NCBI GenBank assembly: GCA_027622665.1 | Contig: JAQBYT010000003.1 | Span: 64,001-128,000, forward strand | Length of the DNA: 64,000 nucleotides | From: Verrucomicrobiota bacterium | GTDB lineage: Bacteria; Verrucomicrobiota; Verrucomicrobiia; Opitutales; Seribacteraceae | Direction of reading: 5' to 3' | Shown here: positions 1 through 8,768 of the stretch, piece after piece | Position numbering within the stretch: the first letter of the stretch is position 1 | How the letters are laid out: every line of letters starts with the position of its first letter | Position numbers and translations under genes: made by a program | Notes under the pieces: model-generated | Database searches by the model: none | What the model was told of the DNA's origin: nothing | Seen by the model: only the letters and a program-made list of their open reading frames with translations

Positions 1-308
1 ATGCCCCACCCTTCGCCGTCCGTCAGTACGTACCCGAAAAGCAGGTGGGCAAGGGTATCGGCCATTTCTTTGGAGCCATGCGCATAGACGCTTTCATCGA
101 ACCCGACGAGTTCAAGAGGCAAATCGACGCCTACCGCCGCGTACTTCTTGCCACGAAACCGGCCCCGGGAACGGACGGCCCCATTGTCCCCGGCGATCCC
201 GAGCGAGAAGCCGAAGTCATTCGCTCCAAGGAAGGCATTCCGTTGGTTATGCCCGTAGTCGAGGAACTTCGCGATATTTCCAAGCAGACCGGAATCCCGC
301 TTGAGTAA
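1..308 (+). CDS. Ldh_2 family (malate/L-lactate dehydrogenase-like) oxidoreductase, 3' part only
   Basis: The frame is open from the window edge (APPFAVRQ...GKGIGHFFGAMRIDAF...IVPGDPE), matching the typical Ldh_2 C-terminus. Confidence 0.8.
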   Translation, partial: APPFAVRQYVPEKQVGKGIGHFFGAMRIDAFIEPDEFKRQIDAYRRVLLATKPAPGTDGPIVPGDPEREAEVIRSKEGIPLVMPVVEELRDISKQTGIPLE

Positions 309-422
309 ATTCTCAATAGCCATTTTGCTCGGACCAGTATCCCTTTGGGCAAAATGCCTTGCTCCGCCACAAGCAACCATTCCTCATCGGACTTCTTCCG
401 GTTCCGGGAAATTGCGTAATCC

Positions 423-1064
423 ATGTACCTTACCAATTCACAGCGGACCTTGAAACTAGTAGGTCAATTGGCTAGGAATCCATCCCATCTCCTACCTTAC
501 CTGCGCCATTCGCTAACTAGCCTGAGTCCATTAGATCTAGAACTTCCTTGGTGGTCCCTCAAAGCTATTCGCACTTTGGACAAGCACCTAGGGCCGGATC
601 AAAAAATCTTCGAATGGGGATCGGGAGGTTCCACCCTCTTCCTTGCAAAGCGTAGTCAAAAAGTCACTACAGTAGAGTAAAACCCGGAATGGCTAGACAG
701 GGTTAGTGGGGCACTAAGCAAACGGAGTCTCACCAACGCCACTCTACTCTTTCGCGAGTTGAACATGGATAATCGAGAAGCCTTCGAATCTTGTCCCTAT
801 GCCCAAGCGCTTGAATCCATCCATGAAGTCATTATCGTGGACGGCGAAGACTCCTTCGGTCCCGATTCGAAATGGTCGACAAGGGAGTCCTGCTTTTGCA
901 TCGCAGAAAAATGGATCAAGAAACCCGGGGGCTTAATCTTGGTGGATGACTCTTGGCGGTACCCTTTGATCCGCAAGGAAAGCCACGCAGAAAAGCGAGT
1001 CGTTCATGAAAGCATCGGACCTTGTCGAAAAGGGGTAACTTCCACCGACTTTCACTACTACTAG
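423..1064 (+). pseudogene. Class I SAM-dependent methyltransferase-like gene interrupted by an in-frame TAA at 678-680
   Basis: ORFs 423-680 and 759-1064 share a frame. Read-through gives FEWGSGGST...VTTVE*NPEWLDRV...VIIVDG...GGLILVDDS, a complete methyltransferase motif set. Confidence 0.8.
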
Positions 1065-1082
1065 CGAAATACCCTCCCTCCT

Positions 1083-1988
1083 TCAGAAAGAAAACTCGGC
1101 TTGGACTAGACGATGATCGGAGGCCGTGCGAGCATTTGGGCCATCTTGCACGATACCGGTATTCGATACGAAACGCTCGGACATGGCTGGCGTCGCCAGA
1201 ATGAAATCGATCCGGGAATAGCTATCCTGCTTGGCGTAGTGATGGGTCCAGCGGTGTCCCCGCGAATCAGCGCAAGGCATCGCAGAAGTGAGCTGGGTTT
1301 TGTTGACTGTAAGGAAACGGCGGACGGCGGGTGTGCTTTGGTGGTCGTTGAAATCCCCCACGACGAGGTGGTTCGGCTTGCTCTCGGGAACATAGGTTTT
1401 CCGAATGTAATCCCTAATCGTACGGGCCTCCTTCTCTCGCCTTAAAGTACCTTCGGGATCGTCCTTGCGCTCGGTCCACTTGCTCTTGAGATGAAGATTG
1501 AACAGCCGCCAGCGAACGCCGGCGGTTTCGAATTCCACTTCCAGAACACCACGGTCGGATCCCTCCTTGGCATCGAAATAGTTGAATTCCAGTTCCGTAT
1601 GCCTCGTAACCGAAACAAACGGCAAACGCGAAAAGACAGCCAAGTGCCGTTCCTCTTCGGGATCGGCCCCATGCATCCACACGGCATGGGGGTACTTGGG
1701 GCCACCCGTGGTATTCAGGTCGTGCCAAAGCTCGCGGAGAAAGGATTCGTCACCTATTTCCTGAATGGCCAGAACATCAGCGTTGGCCTTGGTTATTATT
1801 TGCCGAAGGGCCGTCTTTTCCTTCTCGGGCTTAGGATATTCGGGACGCCATCTGCCTTCAACAATGCGGTCGCACACGAGATAGTTGCGTAAATTGTAGC
1901 TGGCTACTCGAACCTTCTCGCCCGCAATTACCTCGCCCCAGAGAGCAAGACCGGCAAGCAAGGGAAAGGAAAGAAAAAAAACTCTCAC
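1083..1988 (-). CDS. Secreted endonuclease/exonuclease/phosphatase (EEP) family protein
   Basis: Signal peptide and motifs ASYNL, ADVLAIQE, HLKS, VVGDFN, RIDFI and SDH. Confidence 0.9.
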   Translation of the reverse strand: MRVFFLSFPLLAGLALWGEVIAGEKVRVASYNLRNYLVCDRIVEGRWRPEYPKPEKEKTALRQIITKANADVLAIQEIGDESFLRELWHDLNTTGGPKYPHAVWMHGADPEEERHLAVFSRLPFVSVTRHTELEFNYFDAKEGSDRGVLEVEFETAGVRWRLFNLHLKSKWTERKDDPEGTLRREKEARTIRDYIRKTYVPESKPNHLVVGDFNDHQSTPAVRRFLTVNKTQLTSAMPCADSRGHRWTHHYAKQDSYSRIDFILATPAMSERFVSNTGIVQDGPNARTASDHRLVQAEFSF

Positions 1989-3787
1989 TTCCCTCGAGTT
2001 ACGAATATGTTGAGACGCCTGTTCTTCGGGACCACGTCCCGGTATTTATCATCTTCAGAAGTGTAGCCTATGTGAACGCTCTGAAAGGGAAAAACTCCCG
2101 AGTATCCCTTGCCCCACGCCAAGCGCATTCCCTTCGTATTAGTGGGAGTCACCTTTATCTTGTGAGACCCAAACGGCTTGCCCATGAGCTCGGCCGACTT
2201 GATAGGGTTCCAGTCGTTGCCCTTAAACCTTCGCATTAAGTCATCCCACTTTTCGGTAAAGGGGAGCTTGGCCCGTTTTTCCTCAATTGGGTCGATGTAT
2301 AGGGCGCCGTCGCCGATGATGGGCATGATCTGCTCCATGCTCATGTTGATGGCTTCCGGGGCGACGTCCGGGGTACGAACTCCAATGCTCATTCGAGTTG
2401 GCCACTCCTCCCCTGCGGGGTCCTTCAGTTTCCCCCAGAAACCAAGGCCCCTATGATTTATCTCCATCTCGTACTCAAAGGTACCGTTGTTATCGAAAGT
2501 GCCGCTTAGGGTCGTAATTTCACGATCCATGGAAGGCTCGGGCGACACGTCGTAAGCAACAATCTTACGATGGCGATGGCGAACCCTCTCGGGATCGGAA
2601 CGATCATAGTAATGAGAACTGAAATGAATGGCGATCGGTCGTTCGTTTGCACGTTTGCCATCAGTAGCGTTGCGGGAACTTCCCGGAGATTTCAGCCAAA
2701 GGTGCACGACGTTTCCGTTCTGGTGCAGGGCCACGTCGTATAGCACACTCTGAAAAATAGAATTGTAACCTCGAAAACGCCCACTGCCATAAGCAGCCAT
2801 TCGACCACCCTTGGCGGGAATGATCTTAGGATTCTTCGGCATAATCTCTTCTTTCTTCCGACGTAGGGCCTCGGCCAAGGCTTGGGAAGTGGGGTTGAAC
2901 TTGGTCCACGGCAACTCGAACGTCCGGGTAGGATTGTCACTCAAGAAAATGGTCACGTACTCGTCGTTCGCATCCACGAAGGTAGCCTTGATTGCCTGGT
3001 TTTCCGAGCTATTCCAATCGTGTTCCCGGTCCAGATCCGCCTCGGTCACCTTCGGGAGTTTCATTTTCGAGCGGGTCTTGGCGAGGGCGGCCAGCTTCTT
3101 GGCCTCGGAGACAGCCAATGTCTTCAGCTTCTTGGCCAAGGCCTGCGAGTCCACGGAAAGCCTGCTTAGGGGAATCGTCACCTCACGACGACCGCCTAAA
3201 GTGGAAAGGGTGAGATTGGCGTCGTTCACCTCAACGAACCGCCCCTTCAGCGGGTTGCCGTCCGAACTCGTCCACACCTGTTCGGCGGAAAGGTCTAACT
3301 CGCCCTCAGGATCGGTCGCCTCCAGTCCCAGAGAAGTCGAGCCCGCCGGCGGTTTCGGCCGAGCGGCGGCTCGCAGCTTGGCCGCAAGTTTTTGGGATTG
3401 AGGTTGAAGCGTGTTCAGAGGCAGCGTGAATACTTGCCCGTTCCAGTTGATGGTAACGCTGGTGGCGTCGGCCTTGAGAAAACGGGCCTGCAGGGTACGC
3501 CCCTTCAGGTCGGTCCACGGATGGATACCGGTTACGGCGGGACCGGAAGGCTTCGATCTGGCGCCCAGTTTGGAGGCGAGCGCCTGCGATTCCGGGTTCA
3601 GGGTATTCAGAGGCAGGGCAAACACCTGGCCATTCCAATCGATGGTTACGCTGGCGGCGTCGGCCTTGAGGAACTTGGCCTGCAGGGTACGGCCCTTCAA
3701 GTCGGTCCATGGGTGCAAGGCTCCCGCGTCCTGTCCGACCGCGTTCAGGGCGAGGAATAGGAAAAGTAAGGATATTGTTTTCATCAT
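1985..3787 (-). CDS. Secreted protein with four SHD1-like repeats and an uncharacterised C-terminal domain
   Basis: Signal peptide and four W(T/N)xxxG/N..I/L.A/G.F repeats ending in SQ(A/K)LA. The start at 3787 gives an ATGA overlap with the upstream stop. Confidence 0.75.
   Translation of the reverse strand: MMKTISLLFLFLALNAVGQDAGALHPWTDLKGRTLQAKFLKADAASVTIDWNGQVFALPLNTLNPESQALASKLGARSKPSGPAVTGIHPWTDLKGRTLQARFLKADATSVTINWNGQVFTLPLNTLQPQSQKLAAKLRAAARPKPPAGSTSLGLEATDPEGELDLSAEQVWTSSDGNPLKGRFVEVNDANLTLSTLGGRREVTIPLSRLSVDSQALAKKLKTLAVSEAKKLAALAKTRSKMKLPKVTEADLDREHDWNSSENQAIKATFVDANDEYVTIFLSDNPTRTFELPWTKFNPTSQALAEALRRKKEEIMPKNPKIIPAKGGRMAAYGSGRFRGYNSIFQSVLYDVALHQNGNVVHLWLKSPGSSRNATDGKRANERPIAIHFSSHYYDRSDPERVRHRHRKIVAYDVSPEPSMDREITTLSGTFDNNGTFEYEMEINHRGLGFWGKLKDPAGEEWPTRMSIGVRTPDVAPEAINMSMEQIMPIIGDGALYIDPIEEKRAKLPFTEKWDDLMRRFKGNDWNPIKSAELMGKPFGSHKIKVTPTNTKGMRLAWGKGYSGVFPFQSVHIGYTSEDDKYRDVVPKNRRLNIFVTRGK
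3374..3715 (-). repeat. Intragenic duplication of about 150 bp with a 192-bp period (SHD1-like repeats 1 and 2)
   Basis: HPWTDLKGRTLQAKFLKADAASVTIDWNGQVFALPLNTL versus HPWTDLKGRTLQARFLKADATSVTINWNGQVFTLPLNTL; the DNA is nearly identical. Confidence 0.9.
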
Positions 3788-5253
3788 GGTGAAGATTGAC
3801 ATTCTTCCGGTTCATTCTCCCATGGCAAGGTTACGTTTACGGGAACGTGCTCCCAAGGTCGGAAGGGCTCGAAGATTTTTCCGGGGTTCAGGATGCCGTT
3901 CGGGTCGAGCGTTTTCTTGATCGCCTGCATGGTTTTCCACTCGGCGTCGTTGAACATGAGTCGCACGAATTCGGTCTTGGCCAACCCAATCCCGTGCTCG
4001 CCGCTTATGGCGCCGCCCAGTTCCACCACCTTGCGCATGAGCTCGCCCAAGGCGATGCGGGCTCGCTCCGCCTCGTCGGCATCCTCCCGGTCGTACATGA
4101 AGTTCACATGCAGGTTCCCGTCCCCGCAATGGCCGAAGGTGCCGATGCGCAAGTCGTGCTCCTCACGCAGGCCGTTCACGAAGGCGACGAGCTCAGCCTG
4201 TCGCTTCAGGGGCACCACCACATCCTCGTTCAGCTTGGTGTTGGCCAGCTTCTTCATTGCCTGCGAACCCTTTCGGCGCACCTCCCACAATTCCTCGGCC
4301 TCCTCCCCGTTCGCGGCCGCCTTGTGTGAAACCGCCGCCTCGGAAAACCATTGGAGGAGCTTGGCCGCATCCTCTTCCACTTGGGCGGGATGGCCATCCA
4401 GCTCCACCAGCAGCACGGGCAGTCCCGAAGTTCCCTCCAGCACGGTTTTGCCCGTGTAGCTCTCCACCCCGGAGACCGTCCATTGGTCCAGAAACTCCAG
4501 AATCGACGGCCGAATTCCCAGCCTACCCAAGGCGAAAGGCCCCTGCAGGGCTTCCTCCTCCGAAGCGAAAGCCGCCAAAAAGGTACGGGAAACAGCCGGT
4601 TTCGGAACCAGTCTCAGGGTGACCTCGGTGATCACTCCCAGCGTACCCTCGCTCCCGATCCACAGATCACGCAAATTGTAGCCCGTGGCGAACTTGCGGG
4701 TCGCCCTGCCCCACTTTACCTTCTCTCCCGTGGGCAGGAAACCGCCGAGGGCCAGCACGTAGTCGCGGGTCACCCCGTACTTTACGCACCGCAGCCCGCC
4801 CGCATTGCAGGCAACGTTGCCCCCGATCGTGCAAAACTTCTTCGACGAGGGATCGGGCGGATAAAACAGCCCCACCTCCTCCGTCGCCTTTTGGATATCC
4901 GCCACCACCGCTCCCGGTTGGGCCACGCACACGCGCTCGTCCTCGTCTATGGAAAAATCGTTCATCGCCGAGAGGTCCAGCACCCAACCACCATGGATGG
5001 GGGCCGCACTCCCCGTGAGGGACGAACCCACGCCGCGCGTGGTAACAGGAATCGCAAACTCGTTCGCCAACCGAAGCAGCTCGCCCACCTGGGGATCCTC
5101 GGTAGGTTTCACCAAGGCCTCCGGAGTAAAGCTCACCTTCATCGCATCGTAGGAAACCCGACGGAGATCCTCCACCTCGGTGGAGGTCACCTCACCTAGG
5201 CTCCCCAGCAAAGCGGCCAAGCCCATGTCTGCGTTCTCATTCTCTTTCGTCAT
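3784..5253 (-). CDS. FAD-linked oxidase, GlcD/D-lactate dehydrogenase family
   Basis: Motifs FYPPDPSS, TIGGNVACNAGG, VKYGVTRDY, GSEGTLG, GHCGDGNLH, SGEHGIG and DPNGILNPGK. Confidence 0.9.
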   Translation of the reverse strand: MTKENENADMGLAALLGSLGEVTSTEVEDLRRVSYDAMKVSFTPEALVKPTEDPQVGELLRLANEFAIPVTTRGVGSSLTGSAAPIHGGWVLDLSAMNDFSIDEDERVCVAQPGAVVADIQKATEEVGLFYPPDPSSKKFCTIGGNVACNAGGLRCVKYGVTRDYVLALGGFLPTGEKVKWGRATRKFATGYNLRDLWIGSEGTLGVITEVTLRLVPKPAVSRTFLAAFASEEEALQGPFALGRLGIRPSILEFLDQWTVSGVESYTGKTVLEGTSGLPVLLVELDGHPAQVEEDAAKLLQWFSEAAVSHKAAANGEEAEELWEVRRKGSQAMKKLANTKLNEDVVVPLKRQAELVAFVNGLREEHDLRIGTFGHCGDGNLHVNFMYDREDADEAERARIALGELMRKVVELGGAISGEHGIGLAKTEFVRLMFNDAEWKTMQAIKKTLDPNGILNPGKIFEPFRPWEHVPVNVTLPWENEPEECQSSP

Positions 5254-5388
5254 CTCTTATTCTTGTAGCCACGACGATCGGCAGTAGGCAAAGCAAAAGC
5301 TTTCAGCCGCTCTTGCCATCAGAAGGAACAACCCTCCCCTAACGATGTCCTTGCGAGCCGCAACATAGCGCGGTCATCCCACACACTT

Positions 5389-5519
5389 TTGTCATTGCGA
5401 GCCCGTCAGGGCGTGGCAATCCAGTCCGGATCGTTATACGGGATGCCCGGGCGATGCGGGATGCCCTACGCGGCCGCTGGATTGCCGCGTCGGGGCTCTG
5501 CCCCTCCTCGCAATGACAA
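5389..5519. repeat. Nested palindromic repeat element (REP/RPE/MITE-like)
   Basis: Perfect 13-bp terminal inverted repeat TTGTCATTGCGAG (5389-5401) / CTCGCAATGACAA (5507-5519). Inner inverted repeat CGTGGCAATCCAG / CTGGATTGCCGCG with one mismatch. Internal direct repeat CGGGATGCCC, two copies. Confidence 0.85.
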
Positions 5520-5616
5520 CACAAAAAAAACTGGCTCCGATTGAAGTAATCGTCTCCCGGGCAGTCGCTCGTTTCAATCCTTGAACAAACCACAAATTCC
5601 TTTTTATAACCCGCGG

Positions 5617-5645
5617 TTGACATCATGCGCGTAATTGCGTACGCT
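5617..5645 (+). promoter_or_regulatory. Sigma70-type promoter of the toxin-antitoxin operon, with a palindrome over the -10 box
   Basis: TTGACA-17 nt-TACGCT. The palindrome GCGTACGC (5637-5644) overlaps the -10 box, and the ATG follows 7 nt later. Confidence 0.75.
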
Positions 5646-5652
5646 TTGAATC

Positions 5653-5895
5653 ATGACAACGATCACTGCCACTCAGGCTCGGCAAAAACTTTATTCCTTG
5701 ATCGACGAGACTAACGATTCCCATCAACCCATCCAGATTACTGGGAAGCGGGCCAATGCCGTCTTGCTTTCGGAGAGTGATTGGCGAGCGATACAGGAAA
5801 CTCTTCATTTGCAATCGGTTCCCAGATTAGTCGATTCCATACAGGAGGCGAGACAGGAAGGAATCGAGCAAGCGAGTGAAGAACTCGACTGGTGA
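5653..5895 (+). CDS. yefM: Phd/YefM family antitoxin
   Basis: MTTITATQARQKLYSLID...PIQITGKRANAVLLSESDWRAIQETLHL; overlaps the toxin start. Confidence 0.92.
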   Translation: MTTITATQARQKLYSLIDETNDSHQPIQITGKRANAVLLSESDWRAIQETLHLQSVPRLVDSIQEARQEGIEQASEELDW

Positions 5896-6158
5896 GCGAA
5901 TATCGGGTGGTTTTTTCTCGCCATGCCCGGCGGGATGCCAAGAAGCTGGCCCACAGTCACCTCAAGGAATCGGCTGAAAAGTTGATCGAGATACTACGGG
6001 TTGCCCCCCTTCAATCTCCTCCGCCTCACGAAGCGTTGAAGGGCGATCTGGAAGGCTGCCATTCACGCCGAATCAACATTCAACATCGCTTGGTCTACGA
6101 AGTTTTTGAGGATAAAAAAACCGTGCTCGTGCTTCGCATGTGGACGCACTACGAATAA
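5892..6158 (+). CDS. yoeB: Txe/YoeB family toxin (ribosome-dependent mRNase)
   Basis: PPHEALKGDLEGCHSRRINIQHRLVY...LRMWTHYE C-terminus. Confidence 0.92.
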   Translation: MSEYRVVFSRHARRDAKKLAHSHLKESAEKLIEILRVAPLQSPPPHEALKGDLEGCHSRRINIQHRLVYEVFEDKKTVLVLRMWTHYE

Positions 6159-6264
6159 TTCTTGAACAGAACTGCGGGTATGAGGGGATCGGGGAGCTCG
6201 CCCCGGTGGATTGTACCAAGCCATGGCTTGCAGGAAACTTAGGCAAGCGCTAGAAGGCGTGCGA

Positions 6265-7776
6265 ATGAAATCTCGACTGAAGGAGGGAAGGACTTGGATC
6301 GCCTTGGCATTGGCGGGGGCGGTCTGCTGGTTCGTCTACCCGGTGATGCGAGTGGGGGTGTTTCTGGCAATGGATCCTGCGAGAGACGATGCGGGAATTC
6401 TCCTGACGGAAGAACGAGCGGATGATGCATCGGGCTTGAACGCCATTTCGCACAAGGGGATCGTACGGCTTAGCTCCGATCTTGCCGAAACGGAGAAACT
6501 GCTCCGGGAGACCTTGGAGCGAGCTAGGGCCGAAAAGCTATCCGTGGTTCCGTTCGGAGCTCGGCACTCGATGGGCAAGCAGGCCCTGAGAGAAGGTGCC
6601 CTGCACATCGACACCTCGGGCTTCGACCATTTGGAAATGGATGGAGAACTGCTGCGAGCCCAGGCTGGCGCAAGGTGGTGGAAAGTAATAAGATTTCTGG
6701 CCGAGCGCGGGCTTACGGTGGAGGTGATGCAGAGCAACAACGACTTCTCGATCGGGGGCACCTTGAGCGTGAACGCCCACGGCTGGCAACCGGATCGGCC
6801 ACCCGTCGCCTCCACGGTGGAAAAGTTTCGGCTCATGCTGCCGGACGGAAGCATTCGAGTTTGCTCGCGGACGGAGGAGGCAAACCTTTTTCGGCACGCC
6901 TTGGGTGGGTATGGCTTGTTCGGGATTATTCTGGACACATGGATACGGCCGGTGCCGAACGAGATGCTGCGATCGAAACACGTGGTTATGAGCGCGGATC
7001 AATTCGCGGAAGGATGGAAGGCGGAAGCCGTAGAAACCGAGGCTCGCCTGGCCTACGGCCGGCTATCGGTGGCGCCTTCGACGTTTTTTCAGGAAGTAAT
7101 GCTCACCGTCTACGAGTCGACGGGAGAAATTCAACCGACTTGGAAACCGCAGGAACGAGACGACTGGATGACAAAGGTGGCCCGAGCCACCTTTCGGGCC
7201 TCCCTCGGAAGCCAAAGGGGCAAGGGATTTCGGTGGTTCCTCGAAAAAAACATCGGAGGCGAAGCAAGTGGTTCTCACCCGAGGTCGTATCTTTTGAATG
7301 AGCCTGCCTGGGTATTTGCCAACTCGGATCCCGAAAAGACGGATCTGTTACTCGAGTTTTTCGTGCCTCAGATACGATTTGCGGAGTTTGCGAGAGCGGC
7401 CCGAAAAATACTGGAGGGTCAAGCGGACGACTTAATGAACGTGACCATCCGGCAAGTGAAGAAGGACACCGACACCGCCCTGCCCTATGCAAAGGAGGAC
7501 ATGTTCGGCTTCGTCATGCTGTTCACGGTGGAACGTTCCGCGAAGGGAGCCGCCAGCCTGGAGGACCGAGCAAGACGGTTGACCGATGAAGCCTTGAAGC
7601 TAGGGGGGAGTATCTACCTGCCCTATCGCAACTATGCCACGCCGGGACAACTGATGCGGGCCTATCCGGAATTCCCCGCCTTCGTTAAGGAAAAACAAGC
7701 GATTGACCCGACCTATCTTTTCACCAATGGCTTTTTCGACTATTATGCCCAAGCAATCGACTTCCCCGCTGAATAA
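6265..7776 (+). CDS. Membrane-anchored FAD-binding oxidoreductase (ALO/DprE1-like, FAD_binding_4)
   Basis: N-terminal TM helix and motifs GARHSMG, SIGGTLSVNAHG, GGYGLFGII, GGSIYLPY and K..IDP. The start is approximate. Confidence 0.85.
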   Translation: MKSRLKEGRTWIALALAGAVCWFVYPVMRVGVFLAMDPARDDAGILLTEERADDASGLNAISHKGIVRLSSDLAETEKLLRETLERARAEKLSVVPFGARHSMGKQALREGALHIDTSGFDHLEMDGELLRAQAGARWWKVIRFLAERGLTVEVMQSNNDFSIGGTLSVNAHGWQPDRPPVASTVEKFRLMLPDGSIRVCSRTEEANLFRHALGGYGLFGIILDTWIRPVPNEMLRSKHVVMSADQFAEGWKAEAVETEARLAYGRLSVAPSTFFQEVMLTVYESTGEIQPTWKPQERDDWMTKVARATFRASLGSQRGKGFRWFLEKNIGGEASGSHPRSYLLNEPAWVFANSDPEKTDLLLEFFVPQIRFAEFARAARKILEGQADDLMNVTIRQVKKDTDTALPYAKEDMFGFVMLFTVERSAKGAASLEDRARRLTDEALKLGGSIYLPYRNYATPGQLMRAYPEFPAFVKEKQAIDPTYLFTNGFFDYYAQAIDFPAE

Positions 7777-7788
7777 CATTACTTTCCC

Positions 7789-8751
7789 ATGAAAAAGATT
7801 ATGCCCAAACTCATTCTCACCCTACTATTCGCAAGCCTTTCGGTTTCCTCGAACGCCGCCGAGACGGTAAAGGTATTCCTGCTTGCGGGACAGTCCAACA
7901 TGGAGGGCCAAGGCGTAGTCGACATGGACCACCCGGAATACTACAACGGCGGGAAGGGAACCCTTCTCCGGGTCATGAAGCAATCGAGCGACCCGAAGCG
8001 CTACGCCCACCTGAAGGACAAGAAGGGAGACTGGGTGGCGCGTGACGACTCCTTCATCCGCTTTCGCAACAAGCAAGGCGTGATGGCGGGAGGCGTAAGC
8101 ATAGGGTTCACGGGATACGGGAACGACAAGAGCCGACACCACATCGGGCCCGAACTGCAGATCGGACACGTATTGGGCGACCACTTCAAGGAACCGGTGC
8201 TGTTGATCAAGACGGCATGGGGAGGCAAGAGCCTGTACAAGGATTTTCGCCCGCCCTCCGCGGGAGGCGAAACGGGCCCCTACTACAAGCAAATGCTGGA
8301 CGAGGTGGAAGAGGCCTTGGCGGGGATTGGAAAGGAGTTTCCCGAACTGAATGGGGGCAAGCCCGAATGGGCGGGCTTCGTATGGTTTCAAGGCTGGAAC
8401 GACATGTTCGACAAGGATGCGCTGGCCGAGTACGAGCAGAACCTCGTTCACCTGATCCAAGACCTGCGAAAGGAATTCAAGAGCCCGGACTTACCGGTGA
8501 TCGTGGGTGAACTGGGCAACGGCGGCCCCAAGGCGGGAGGCAACATGCTGGCTATTCGGGCAGCCCAGAAGGGTGCAACCGAGCGGAAGGAATTCAAGGG
8601 AAAGGTAAAGTTCGTAAGCACCACTGAATTCGCCCGACCCAAGGAGGATTCGCCGAACGTCGGGCACGGGCACCACTGGTTCGGAAACGCGGAGAGCTAC
8701 TTCCTGATCGGCGATGCCCTAGGCAAGGGCATGGTGGAATTGCTGGACTGA
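7789..8751 (+). CDS. Sialate O-acetylesterase (SASA/SGNH) family, secreted
   Basis: Signal peptide and motifs LLAGQSNMEG, IKTAWGGKSL, FVWFQGWND and HHW. Confidence 0.88.
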   Translation: MKKIMPKLILTLLFASLSVSSNAAETVKVFLLAGQSNMEGQGVVDMDHPEYYNGGKGTLLRVMKQSSDPKRYAHLKDKKGDWVARDDSFIRFRNKQGVMAGGVSIGFTGYGNDKSRHHIGPELQIGHVLGDHFKEPVLLIKTAWGGKSLYKDFRPPSAGGETGPYYKQMLDEVEEALAGIGKEFPELNGGKPEWAGFVWFQGWNDMFDKDALAEYEQNLVHLIQDLRKEFKSPDLPVIVGELGNGGPKAGGNMLAIRAAQKGATERKEFKGKVKFVSTTEFARPKEDSPNVGHGHHWFGNAESYFLIGDALGKGMVELLD

Positions 8752-8768
8752 CCAAGGTTCCCTGCGAC

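Noticed and set aside
5339..5626. 95-aa minus-strand ORF (CHCEE...DAAIQ...GLAMT)
   Set aside because: It is a shadow translation of the palindromic repeat and overlaps the TA promoter.
6190..6205. Hairpin CGGGG-AGCTCG-CCCCG after yoeB as a terminator
   Set aside because: The stem is only 5 bp and has no U-tract, so support is insufficient.
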